Below are positions 26,977 to 36,015 of a stretch of 64,000 bases of DNA, one piece after another. The position numbers and the translations under genes were made by a program. Every line of letters starts with the position of its first letter. Positions within the stretch are counted from its first letter, which is position 1. The DNA is from an uncultured Mycoplasmatota bacterium. Lineage in GTDB: Bacteria; Bacillota_I; Bacilli_A; Mycoplasmatales; Mycoplasmoidaceae. The stretch covers positions 9,883 through 73,882 of the forward strand of contig CATEWF010000001.1 in NCBI GenBank assembly GCA_949527715.1, in the 5' to 3' direction. A model generated the notes under the pieces. That model was not told where the DNA came from, ran no database searches, and was given only the letters and a program-made list of their open reading frames with translations.

Positions 26977-27027
26977 AAATTTTTATTGTAAAAGAAGTTT
27001 TATATAGAAATTAAAATCATAAATTCT

Positions 27028-27426
27028 ATGAGTGAAGTAATAAATCGAGTTAAAGAAATGTTTACAAAGACAGAAGAACCACTTACAGCACAAAGAGCGT
27101 GGATAGAAACAACCTATGGTTCAGGTTCGTATCGTCCAATTGAAAAAAGAATTACTGAGAAACAGGAATACATTAAAAATATTATTAAAGGAAAGTTTTC
27201 CGATGGAGTAAGCGTAGGAAACGTAAGTTCAAGGTCATATCGTTGTGTAATTGATATTGATGAAGACCTTAAAGACCATACAAATGAAATATTTGAACCT
27301 TTTATTAGTGGTGGATTTAATATTATTAATCTATCTGATTATATTGAAGAAGTAAAAGATGAGAATGTATTTCTTATCTCTTGGAAAAATGCGTTTGATA
27401 AGCACGAAGAAATTTTGAAAAAGTAA
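27028..27426 (+). CDS. hypothetical protein (132 aa)
   Basis: ATG ORF, coding strand. Confidence 0.65.
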   Translation: MSEVINRVKEMFTKTEEPLTAQRAWIETTYGSGSYRPIEKRITEKQEYIKNIIKGKFSDGVSVGNVSSRSYRCVIDIDEDLKDHTNEIFEPFISGGFNIINLSDYIEEVKDENVFLISWKNAFDKHEEILKK

Positions 27427-27432
27427 AAATAT

Positions 27433-28035
27433 ATGACACAATTTTATGGTAATATTTGTACCTTTACAATGGTAAAGGGTGATTATCTTAGAGATACAAA
27501 TGATAATACTAAGAAAATATGGAATGATGCTCTAACAAATGGGTATAAGGATATAGTAGATGTTACTGAGAGTGATGATAAGGAAAAAGTATACCTTGTT
27601 GATACATCAGTTTATCATCAATTATTGGAAGCATCAAGAGAAGGAAAAGATATTGACCCATATGGTATTCCGAATGTTAATTTTAGTTTGATTGAACGGA
27701 CTGATGAGAGATGGCAAGCATATAAAGAACAACGTTTGACAAGAGGATTTGACAATAGCGAATTGTGGAATTTAGATACTACAATTGTTAAGTTTATTTT
27801 GCCAAGATTAAAAGTTTTCAGAAGTTTTGAATGTGGACATCCAGGACATATTGATACAATGGAAGAATGGAACGAGATTCTTGATAAAATGATAAAAGGT
27901 TTTGAATATTATCTTGATGAAAATCTTGGTGAAGATAAGAACTTAACTTTTAAGGAAAACAATGCTAATCGTGAAAAAGTTATATCTGAAGGATTAGATT
28001 TATTTCGTAAATATTTCAGTAATTTATGGAATTAA
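27433..28035 (+). CDS. hypothetical protein (200 aa)
   Basis: ATG ORF, coding strand. Confidence 0.7.
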   Translation: MTQFYGNICTFTMVKGDYLRDTNDNTKKIWNDALTNGYKDIVDVTESDDKEKVYLVDTSVYHQLLEASREGKDIDPYGIPNVNFSLIERTDERWQAYKEQRLTRGFDNSELWNLDTTIVKFILPRLKVFRSFECGHPGHIDTMEEWNEILDKMIKGFEYYLDENLGEDKNLTFKENNANREKVISEGLDLFRKYFSNLWN

Positions 28036-28040
28036 AAAAA

Positions 28041-28065
28041 CTATTTATATATAATATATAAATAA
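28041..28065. repeat. perfect 25-bp palindrome CTATTTATATAT-A-ATATATAAATAG
   Basis: All 12 arm positions checked by hand; lies between the stop at 28035 and ATG 28077. Confidence 0.8.
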
Positions 28066-28076
28066 GATAATTAAGA

Positions 28077-28997
28077 ATGAATTTATTTGAAAGTTATTTA
28101 AAAAGACTTGTTAATGAAACGGTTAAAGAATTTTTAAGTGAGAAACGTTTAATTACATTTGATAACAGAGTATATCCTAAATTTGGATGGTGTGTTATCT
28201 TAGCAGGCGGTGGTGGAAGTGGAAAAGGTTATATAAATTCACATAATTTACCGATTGATGGTAAAGTCATTAATGTGGATGACTTCAAAAAATTATATGC
28301 AAGATTAAAAAAGGTAGAATATAATTCGCACAATCCAGAAGATGTCGCTCGTTTACATAAAATGGTATCACAAGCAGATATAAAAGGTATGTATACTGAT
28401 AACATATTTAATCCTGAGGCACATAATACTGAAAGATTACCTAATGTTATCTTTGATATGACAGGTAGAGACCCAGAGCATAATGTTACATATATTGCCA
28501 GATATGCAAAAGAAATGGGTTATAAGACTTGTGTAGTATGGGCTGTTGCTAACAGACATGAAGCATTATTAAGAAATCTAAGAAGAAGTCGAACAGTTCC
28601 TGATAATATCATTCACTCTATACATAATAATCTTGCAACTAATATGCCACCATTTTTAGAAAGTCAGTTAGCAGTCGATTATTTAGATGATGCGTGGATT
28701 ATATTCAGTTCAACTGATAATCTTACTCAATCAGATTTAAGTGGTGATGAAGCAAAAGATATGGCAGTTCATTTAGATAAAAGTAACAATGGATTTATCA
28801 TTTCAAATGATACTTTTGCACGAATAAATAAGTATGTTGGTAAACTTGAGAAAAATCCTTTACACCCAGAAACTTATTTAAGCAGTAAAGAAATTGCTGA
28901 TAAATATGGTACACCACAATTTGATAAAAACGGTAATCAAAATGGCTATGAATTTGATAGAAGCCAATTCAATAAAGATAGTAATTTTTATCGTTAA
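28077..28997 (+). CDS. P-loop kinase, zeta-toxin/AAA_33-like (306 aa)
   Basis: Walker A VILAGGGGSGKGY and Walker-B-like VIFDMTGRD; the family includes small-molecule and polynucleotide kinases. Confidence 0.5.
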   Translation: MNLFESYLKRLVNETVKEFLSEKRLITFDNRVYPKFGWCVILAGGGGSGKGYINSHNLPIDGKVINVDDFKKLYARLKKVEYNSHNPEDVARLHKMVSQADIKGMYTDNIFNPEAHNTERLPNVIFDMTGRDPEHNVTYIARYAKEMGYKTCVVWAVANRHEALLRNLRRSRTVPDNIIHSIHNNLATNMPPFLESQLAVDYLDDAWIIFSSTDNLTQSDLSGDEAKDMAVHLDKSNNGFIISNDTFARINKYVGKLEKNPLHPETYLSSKEIADKYGTPQFDKNGNQNGYEFDRSQFNKDSNFYR

Positions 28998-29016
28998 TTC
29001 TTAAAAATAAAGATAA

Positions 29017-29652
29017 ATGGAACATACATTAAAATTAATTAAACCGATAGAAAATGAATATGATTGTGATTATGTTGGTAATGCACAGTCTTTAATTCAT
29101 CCTATAAATAAAGAAATAACATCATTATTTAAAGATGAATTATATAAGATGATTTTGAATAAGATAAATCATTTTCCTGATATATTTTTATATTTGTCAA
29201 TTAAAAAGGAAGAAGAATATGTAACAAAAATTACGATAAATTTTGATTATGTAGAAAATCTTAATTCAAATAAAAAGGTAATATTTGAAAATGAAGATAT
29301 TATACAAGAATGCTTAAATGAGTTAATGGCAAAGAAAAGTCTTGTTATGCGAGAAAATGAAGAACCCGCATATTATATGTATTCTAATTTAAAAAGGCTA
29401 ATCCCAGAAATAGGTGAATATTTTTCTTCGGTAAGAGAAGATTTTTATAATTTACATACTTCATTGGTTAATCAAATTATACGTTTTTGTAAGGAGCATG
29501 ATTTGAATATCTCAGATTTTTATCTTAGTGCAGATGGTGTTGAACCATCAATAGAAAATGGTGAATGGGTACCATATACTGATAGTAGTTTTGGTATTTA
29601 TGAAACAGATTATAAAAATTTTAAAAAGTATCCCGTTTTATGCTCTATGTAA
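29017..29652 (+). CDS. hypothetical protein (211 aa)
   Basis: ATG ORF, coding strand. Confidence 0.7.
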   Translation: MEHTLKLIKPIENEYDCDYVGNAQSLIHPINKEITSLFKDELYKMILNKINHFPDIFLYLSIKKEEEYVTKITINFDYVENLNSNKKVIFENEDIIQECLNELMAKKSLVMRENEEPAYYMYSNLKRLIPEIGEYFSSVREDFYNLHTSLVNQIIRFCKEHDLNISDFYLSADGVEPSIENGEWVPYTDSSFGIYETDYKNFKKYPVLCSM

Positions 29653-29675
29653 TAATAAATTATACTTATATTTAA

Positions 29676-30143
29676 ATGAAAGAAATATTAACGACAATAT
29701 ATTCGCAACCTTCAATAGAACCGCTTAAAGAATTGGTTAGCAGTTTTTTAACTACATTTGGAATATATGATATATCAATTGATGATATGTTTTATTATAA
29801 TATATTCTGTTCAGCATCTACATATGCCAATTATAATTGGGAATATCTTATTCAAAATAGTGTAGATTTTGATATTCCATTTAATTTATATGCACCTTGT
29901 TCAACATCAGATGAAAGAATAGATTATGTTGAAACTATTATAAAGGATGTACTTTTAGGTAATATAAAAAAACCAGAATGGATGATTTATATTGAAATGG
30001 AAAGTCATTGTGATAATTCACTCTGTGAACAGCAACCATCCAATTTTTTACGACTATTACCAAAAGATGAAAAATATGAAGTAATCGGTAAATCTCTTAT
30101 AAAGTTTCTTTACTCTCCTAATAGAACTTCTGTAGTTTATTAA
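29676..30143 (+). CDS. hypothetical protein (155 aa)
   Basis: ATG ORF, coding strand. Confidence 0.65.
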   Translation: MKEILTTIYSQPSIEPLKELVSSFLTTFGIYDISIDDMFYYNIFCSASTYANYNWEYLIQNSVDFDIPFNLYAPCSTSDERIDYVETIIKDVLLGNIKKPEWMIYIEMESHCDNSLCEQQPSNFLRLLPKDEKYEVIGKSLIKFLYSPNRTSVVY

Positions 30144-30162
30144 TGTTTTTTAATAAGAAAAA

Positions 30163-30194
30163 TTTGTGAGGTACGATAAAAAATCGTACCTTTG
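30163..30194 (+). promoter_or_regulatory. Bacteroidota-type promoter with embedded hairpin (Sir2 operon)
   Basis: TTTG 30163-30166, TAccTTTG 30187-30194, 20-nt spacer; AGGTACGAT/ATCGTACCT stem in the spacer. Confidence 0.65.
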
Positions 30195-30223
30195 TTATAT
30201 ATAAACATTAAACTTTAAAAGAT

Positions 30224-30934
30224 ATGAGTAATAAAAAGAAAATAGTCGTATTAACAGGTGCTGGTATATCAAAAGAATCTGGTATTCCAACATTTCGTGA
30301 TGCTGTTGATGGATTGTGGGAAAATTATGATATAAATGATGTTTGTACGGCTGAAGCGATAAAACGAAATCCAGAATTGGTTCATAATTTTTATAATGAA
30401 CTAAGAGCGAAGTATAAAGATGCTAAACCAAATGAAGCACATAAATTGCTTTATGAATTGGAAAAAGATTATGATGTTGAAATTATTACACAGAATGTGG
30501 ATAATTTACATGAACAAGCAGGCTCTACCAAAGTTCTTCACTTACATGGCGAGATAATGAAATGTCGTGATACTGGTAATACTAATTACATTTTTGATAT
30601 ACCTTGTGATGAAGAAGGTAATTACAATACATATCATGGTATGAAAATAGATGGACATACTGTACGTCCTCATATTGTATTTTTTCACGAAGATGTACCA
30701 AATATAACAAAGGCTGCTTCTTTGATGAAAAAAGCTGATATTTGTGTAGTAATAGGTAGTTCAATGCAAGTTTATCCTGCTGCTGGTTTAATTGACTATG
30801 TTAATGTTGGTAATCCAATATATTATATTGACCCATTTCCATCAATTGACCAAGTATCATATCCTGATGTTCAAGTAATTGATGAAGTAGCAACGAAAGG
30901 AATGGAAATATTAACTGAAAAATTAAAGAAATAA
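30224..30934 (+). CDS. cobB: NAD-dependent protein deacylase, Sir2/CobB family (236 aa)
   Basis: Canonical sirtuin motifs GAGISKESGIPTFRD, QNVDNLHEQAG and catalytic His in HLHGE; only two Cys where the usual four-Cys zinc module sits. Confidence 0.85.
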   Translation: MSNKKKIVVLTGAGISKESGIPTFRDAVDGLWENYDINDVCTAEAIKRNPELVHNFYNELRAKYKDAKPNEAHKLLYELEKDYDVEIITQNVDNLHEQAGSTKVLHLHGEIMKCRDTGNTNYIFDIPCDEEGNYNTYHGMKIDGHTVRPHIVFFHEDVPNITKAASLMKKADICVVIGSSMQVYPAAGLIDYVNVGNPIYYIDPFPSIDQVSYPDVQVIDEVATKGMEILTEKLKK

Positions 30935-30946
30935 CAAGATAAAAGA

Positions 30947-31267
30947 ATGAAGAATTGGTCATATTATAAAAAAGGTTGGTCTATATCGTGGTATAATTTT
31001 AAAAACGAATTAGATGATTCATATGCTAAAACATTTAATGAAGCCTATAAAAATAACCCAGATAAATATTTTAAGAAAGTATTTCATTTATTGAGAAATG
31101 AATATGGCATAGAGTATGTCCACATGTGGAATACTTCTCATTTATTGTGGCAAACACCAAAAAATATATATTGGTTTAAGTTTAGAGTTTCTGACAGATT
31201 TGATAAGAAAGGAAAATGGAAGTTTAAAGTTATGAAAACCACTAATGACCATGTAAGTTGTGGTTAA
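30947..31267 (+). CDS. hypothetical protein (106 aa)
   Basis: ATG ORF between the Sir2 and GmrSD-like genes. Confidence 0.6.
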   Translation: MKNWSYYKKGWSISWYNFKNELDDSYAKTFNEAYKNNPDKYFKKVFHLLRNEYGIEYVHMWNTSHLLWQTPKNIYWFKFRVSDRFDKKGKWKFKVMKTTNDHVSCG

Positions 31268-31302
31268 AATATAATATAACATTTTAAATAAAAAGAATAT
31301 AA

Positions 31303-33021
31303 ATGAAAGACAGTAGAACATTTCACGAAATTTTTGGTATTTATGTAGAAAAACCGTATCAATTGGGTGTATTACGGGCTAAACAAAGAAATTATGAATG
31401 GCGCAGAATTGAGATATTGCAATTATTAAATGATATTTCAGAATTAGCAGAAACACATGATCCTCTTGGATATTTTGTAAATACGGTTGCAATTTTTGAA
31501 AATGTAAAAGAAAATGTTGAAGAAATAATTGATGGTAATCAAAGATTGACAACAACATTATTAATATATCTTACAATAAAAAATTTTATATTAAATAATA
31601 ATTTGGGAAAACAGTATGAGTTTATTCTTAATGATATAGATAGAAGAATTTATCGGCACTATGATAAACGTGTAATTTTAAAACCAATGCCTGTTGATAA
31701 GCCTATTTTTGAGGATGTATTGAATAATTGTCATGAAAAGATTCACAGCAACAATTATGAATATAAGACAACAAGAATTGCTAAAGCCTATAAGTTCATT
31801 TATGAATATTTTACAAATTGTTGTATTGAAAAGGGTTATAATTATATAAATTCATTTTATATGGGTGGGCTTTATAATCTTCGTACCTTGATATTAGAAC
31901 CTCAGAGTGAGAAGGAAGCCGCTAATTTGTTTCAGAAATCTAATACTTGTGGTTTAGAACTGAATAACAATACAAAAATTACAGTTTTTGTAAATCAGAT
32001 TCTTGCGGACTATGTTGATGATAATGATTTACCATTAGAAAAGTATGTAGAGTATAATACAAAATTTGCTAACGCTGTGGATAGTGTAAAAGATTTTAAA
32101 AAATCTTTTGTCTATTTTTTATATTATTTAAATAACACTTATGTTACATATACAAGAATTTATGATTCATTTTATAATTATTTGAATAATGTCCTTGTTT
32201 ATGGTAAACAAAAATCAGATAAATTTAGTAATATATTCGAATTAATTGATAAATTCTGTTATTTTACCAACTTCATTTATTCGTTACAAAACAATTATTT
32301 TGAAAATGAAACTAAAAAGATAAACTATTTGTTAAGTTTGTGTGGTACTTGTGTCTATACTGAAATCGCTATAATAGATATGTTTAGTGATAAATATGAT
32401 TATGCCTTTAGTAACACAGAAAAATATAATATTATTGAAATGTTAATGATAATAACATTTCGTAGTAAATATCTCGTTAGTGGATTAAGTCATCCAGAGA
32501 AAAGAATGGCTTGCTTGATTAACAAATGTTTGGAAATTAACAGTAAAACTAATGAAAGAATAGATAAAATTTTTAAAGAATATATTATAAATAGTGGTCT
32601 TTTAGAAGAAATGGGATATGTTTCTGATGAAACTTTTGTAAGAGGTATTATTTATAAACCAATCTATAATAAACGTATTACTTCAGTTTTAAAATATGTT
32701 TTAACTAAATTAAATAATTATTTTGGTGATGAACAAATTATTTTTGGAACCAATATAGATAATACTATTGAACATGTAATTCCACAAATAAATAATCAAA
32801 ATGAAAAATTGTTACATACAATAGGTAATTTGACTGTTTTATCAAGAAGTAATAATTCTTCATTAAAAAATGAAACATATGTAAATAAAAAATCAACATT
32901 AAATAAAAGTTCAATTCATTTAAACCAGTACTTTATAGATAAAGACGATTTTAATTGGACTGATGTTGAAGAACGTAGCAAATATTTAGCACCAATAATG
33001 TGTGAAATTTTTAAAATATAA
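31303..33021 (+). CDS. GmrSD-like DUF262/DUF1524 protein, candidate type IV (modification-dependent) endonuclease (572 aa)
   Basis: N-terminal DUF262 signature (..YEWRR.., IIDGNQRLTT); C-terminal DUF1524 His-Me signature (IEHVIPQ..(n)..IGNLTVLSRSNNSSLKN). Confidence 0.75.
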   Translation: MKDSRTFHEIFGIYVEKPYQLGVLRAKQRNYEWRRIEILQLLNDISELAETHDPLGYFVNTVAIFENVKENVEEIIDGNQRLTTTLLIYLTIKNFILNNNLGKQYEFILNDIDRRIYRHYDKRVILKPMPVDKPIFEDVLNNCHEKIHSNNYEYKTTRIAKAYKFIYEYFTNCCIEKGYNYINSFYMGGLYNLRTLILEPQSEKEAANLFQKSNTCGLELNNNTKITVFVNQILADYVDDNDLPLEKYVEYNTKFANAVDSVKDFKKSFVYFLYYLNNTYVTYTRIYDSFYNYLNNVLVYGKQKSDKFSNIFELIDKFCYFTNFIYSLQNNYFENETKKINYLLSLCGTCVYTEIAIIDMFSDKYDYAFSNTEKYNIIEMLMIITFRSKYLVSGLSHPEKRMACLINKCLEINSKTNERIDKIFKEYIINSGLLEEMGYVSDETFVRGIIYKPIYNKRITSVLKYVLTKLNNYFGDEQIIFGTNIDNTIEHVIPQINNQNEKLLHTIGNLTVLSRSNNSSLKNETYVNKKSTLNKSSIHLNQYFIDKDDFNWTDVEERSKYLAPIMCEIFKI

Positions 33022-33034
33022 TATAGGTTTGTTT

Positions 33035-33652
33035 ATGAAAATAGGATTATATTTTGGTAGTTTTAACCCGATACACGAAGGACATATCTTTGTGGTAAAG
33101 AAAGCATTGGAAACAGGAATAGATAAGTTATTCCTTGTTGTTTCACCCCAATCTCCATTCAAACCATTATCTGAACTTGCTTCTTTTAAGGACAGATTGG
33201 AAATGGCAAAAATTGCTATAAAATCACATAATATTGAAGATAAAGTTGAAGCCGTAGATTGGGAAGAATATATGTATCCATCATATACGGCACATACATT
33301 ACAGAAGTCTGTACCAATGTTACAAGAAAATGATACAACCATTTTTATGGGGTTAGATAATTTCCTTACAATAGATAAATGGAAAGAACCTAATTACATT
33401 CTTGAAAATTATGGAATACATATTATTCCAAGAGGTGATGATTTTGAAGAACGATTAATTACCGATAAGATAAAACAATTGAGGGAAAATGTTACTCCTA
33501 ACCTTAAAAGTGTTACATTTTCTATAATTGAACATACAATTAACATTTCTGCAACAGAGATTAGAAATAGAGTCAGAAATAATGAAAAAATTGAAAATAT
33601 TATAGACTGTAATGTATTAAACTACATCATTAATAATGATTTATATAAATAA
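33035..33652 (+). CDS. nadD: nicotinate/nicotinamide mononucleotide adenylyltransferase, NadD family (205 aa)
   Basis: GSFNPIHEGH (HxGH), PSYTAHTL and ISATEIR motifs; ATG at 33035 preferred over the GTG at 33002. Confidence 0.85.
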   Translation: MKIGLYFGSFNPIHEGHIFVVKKALETGIDKLFLVVSPQSPFKPLSELASFKDRLEMAKIAIKSHNIEDKVEAVDWEEYMYPSYTAHTLQKSVPMLQENDTTIFMGLDNFLTIDKWKEPNYILENYGIHIIPRGDDFEERLITDKIKQLRENVTPNLKSVTFSIIEHTINISATEIRNRVRNNEKIENIIDCNVLNYIINNDLYK

Positions 33653-33671
33653 GAATTTTTAACATAAAAAA

Positions 33672-33703
33672 TTTGTTTTATTGGAATAAAAGTGTTACCT
33701 TTG
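33672..33703 (+). promoter_or_regulatory. Bacteroidota-type promoter
   Basis: TTTAAC upstream, TTTG 33672-33675, TAccTTTG 33696-33703, 20-nt spacer. Confidence 0.7.
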
Positions 33704-33722
33704 TAACATCAATGAAAAAGAT

Positions 33723-33860
33723 ATGAATATGATAATTTTTTTATTATTTTTGATAGCCATATTAATCGGAATTATATGGTTTTATCGTTTGGTTGCTGAA
33801 TGCAATCATGATGAAAGAATATATAAATTGTTATATACCATATTTTTTATTAATTTGTGA
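33723..33860 (+). CDS. possible small membrane peptide (45 aa)
   Basis: Hand-translated MNMIIFLLFLIAILIGIIWFYRL...; below the track cutoff. Confidence 0.4.
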   Translation: MNMIIFLLFLIAILIGIIWFYRLVAECNHDERIYKLLYTIFFINL

Positions 33861-33902
33861 TATAGTAATATTAATTTTTTTAATTGTTAATTTAATAATA
33901 AA

Positions 33903-34445
33903 ATGAGTAAAAACGTTATTACAACAATTGTTATTGTGGCAGTATTTGCCATTGTGGGATTTACATTGTTCTCAATGGGTGTATCTTATCAGAATCAAGA
34001 GGTACGTTATGTAAATCAGTTTAAGGCAGAAAATCAGAAGATTGAAGCCGTGTATGATAATATGTGGAAATCTATCAAGCAGATTGCTGAAGTTTCTGAC
34101 AAGTATCAGGATTCGTTTAAGGACATTTATGTACAGATTACTGATGCAAGGTATAATAAAGATAATGGTGTACTTATGAAGTGGATTACAGAGTCCAATC
34201 CTAATTTTGACCCATCTTTGTATCAGAAACTTGCTGGCGTAATTGAGGTAGAACGTAAGCGTTTCCTTAATGCACAGACTAAAATTATTGACATTGTAAG
34301 AGAACATAATAATATGCTTGATGTCATTCCATCTAAATGGTTTTTAAGTGGACGAGAATATCTTGAGTATGAAGTTATTTCTTCAAGTCGTTCTAAGCAA
34401 GTAATGGATACTCGTATGGATGATGATGTTCAAGTATTTAACTAA
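33903..34445 (+). CDS. LemA-like membrane-anchored protein (180 aa)
   Basis: N-terminal TM helix, helical body, and C-terminal ..ERKRFLNAQ..(n)..EHNNMLDVIPSKWF resembling the LemA E.R.YN....yN....P end motif. Confidence 0.45.
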   Translation: MSKNVITTIVIVAVFAIVGFTLFSMGVSYQNQEVRYVNQFKAENQKIEAVYDNMWKSIKQIAEVSDKYQDSFKDIYVQITDARYNKDNGVLMKWITESNPNFDPSLYQKLAGVIEVERKRFLNAQTKIIDIVREHNNMLDVIPSKWFLSGREYLEYEVISSSRSKQVMDTRMDDDVQVFN

Positions 34446-34457
34446 AGTCAAATAAAA

Positions 34458-34844
34458 ATGACAAAGAAAGAATACATCAAATTTATTGATAAGTTATTTA
34501 ATAGTACAAGTGAAATATATAATATTTACATAACATATTATGATAAAATAACAAGTAAAGTAGCATATAAGGTCATCAATTCACCAAGAGGTATAATTGG
34601 TGAACCTTATGTAAATCAATTAAATATACTTATTGACCCAGAGTCTATATTTGATGTAATTAATCCTAATACTGATATAGAAATTAACGGGAATAATATT
34701 TTATTTCATTGTGGAAAAAGGATAAGACAAAAACAAGAAAAAATATTGAATGGAATAAAATATAACGGAATGGTTACAGTAGGCTATGAAACCTATAATT
34801 TTTCAATTAACAGTAAATATATTGTAAAATATCATATAAATTAA
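34458..34844 (+). CDS. hypothetical protein (128 aa)
   Basis: ATG ORF, coding strand. Confidence 0.65.
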   Translation: MTKKEYIKFIDKLFNSTSEIYNIYITYYDKITSKVAYKVINSPRGIIGEPYVNQLNILIDPESIFDVINPNTDIEINGNNILFHCGKRIRQKQEKILNGIKYNGMVTVGYETYNFSINSKYIVKYHIN

Positions 34845-34851
34845 ATATATA

Positions 34852-36015
34852 ATGATTTGGTTTAGTTTATTCATACCTTTTATTTTATCAATTCTCTTTC
34901 TTCTTTATTTTAATAAAGATAGTTTTAGTGATAGATTTAATTCAGATGAGTTAAAATTTAATTTGGTTGTATTATTTGTGCCTACTTTGATTGTTGGTAT
35001 AGTTATGTTAATTATGAACTTGGCTATGATTAGTAATAATACTGATGATGTAGAATATCTTTCATATTACTATACTAAAATATATCACGAAGATAAGTGG
35101 AATGAAAGAGTATGGGTAACTAAGACCAGAACCGTTACTGATAGCAAAGGAAATACACATACAGAAACCTATCAAGAACGAGAAACACGCACCCATCCAG
35201 AAAAATGGTATGGATATTTGAATAATGGTTCGGAGTTATCATTAACACCAAATGAGTATAATAATATTAGAAAACGATGGAATGTACCAGAACATTTTAT
35301 TGACAAACATCGAAATTATTATACGATTGATGGCGATGCACAAGAATATATATGGGATAAGAATAATGAAACCATAAAAACATATGTTAAGAAACATCAT
35401 TATACTAATAAGGTAATTGGTACAGAAACTGCTTTTAAATTTAATGAAATAACACAAGAAGAAGCAAAAACATTGGGTTTATATGATTATCCTAACATAG
35501 ATAATAATGATGAACAAGACCCGATAATAGGTTACAAAAAGTTTATATCATTTAATGATATTAAACAAATTAAATTGTATAATGCGCTTAATGGTTATAA
35601 AAAACAAATAGGTGTTTATGTTTTAATATATCCAAATTCTTCTTCAAGCATTGTAGAAGACCAACGTTCTTATTGGCAAGGTGGAAATAAAAACGAATTT
35701 GTAATATGTGTTGGAATTGACTCATTAACAAATAAAGTACAATGGTCACAATGTTTTAGTTGGCTTGATGATATTACAATGGAAGTAGAGTGCCGAAACT
35801 TTATTAACAGTCAAGATAAGTTGAATATCACCGTTTTAAATAATTGGTTAGAAAAAAACAGTAATCTATGGAAACGTAAAGAATTTAGTGATTTCAATTA
35901 TCTTAATGTAAGTTTAAGTGATAGTCAGGAAATTACGATTTTATGGACGGTCATTATATTATCATTGATAATGGCAATATCTGGGGTCATAATGATTAAA
36001 TCAAATGATTTATAA
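34852..36015 (+). CDS. membrane protein with N- and C-terminal TM helices (387 aa)
   Basis: Two N-terminal and one C-terminal hydrophobic helices flank a large soluble domain. Confidence 0.7.
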   Translation: MIWFSLFIPFILSILFLLYFNKDSFSDRFNSDELKFNLVVLFVPTLIVGIVMLIMNLAMISNNTDDVEYLSYYYTKIYHEDKWNERVWVTKTRTVTDSKGNTHTETYQERETRTHPEKWYGYLNNGSELSLTPNEYNNIRKRWNVPEHFIDKHRNYYTIDGDAQEYIWDKNNETIKTYVKKHHYTNKVIGTETAFKFNEITQEEAKTLGLYDYPNIDNNDEQDPIIGYKKFISFNDIKQIKLYNALNGYKKQIGVYVLIYPNSSSSIVEDQRSYWQGGNKNEFVICVGIDSLTNKVQWSQCFSWLDDITMEVECRNFINSQDKLNITVLNNWLEKNSNLWKRKEFSDFNYLNVSLSDSQEITILWTVIILSLIMAISGVIMIKSNDL

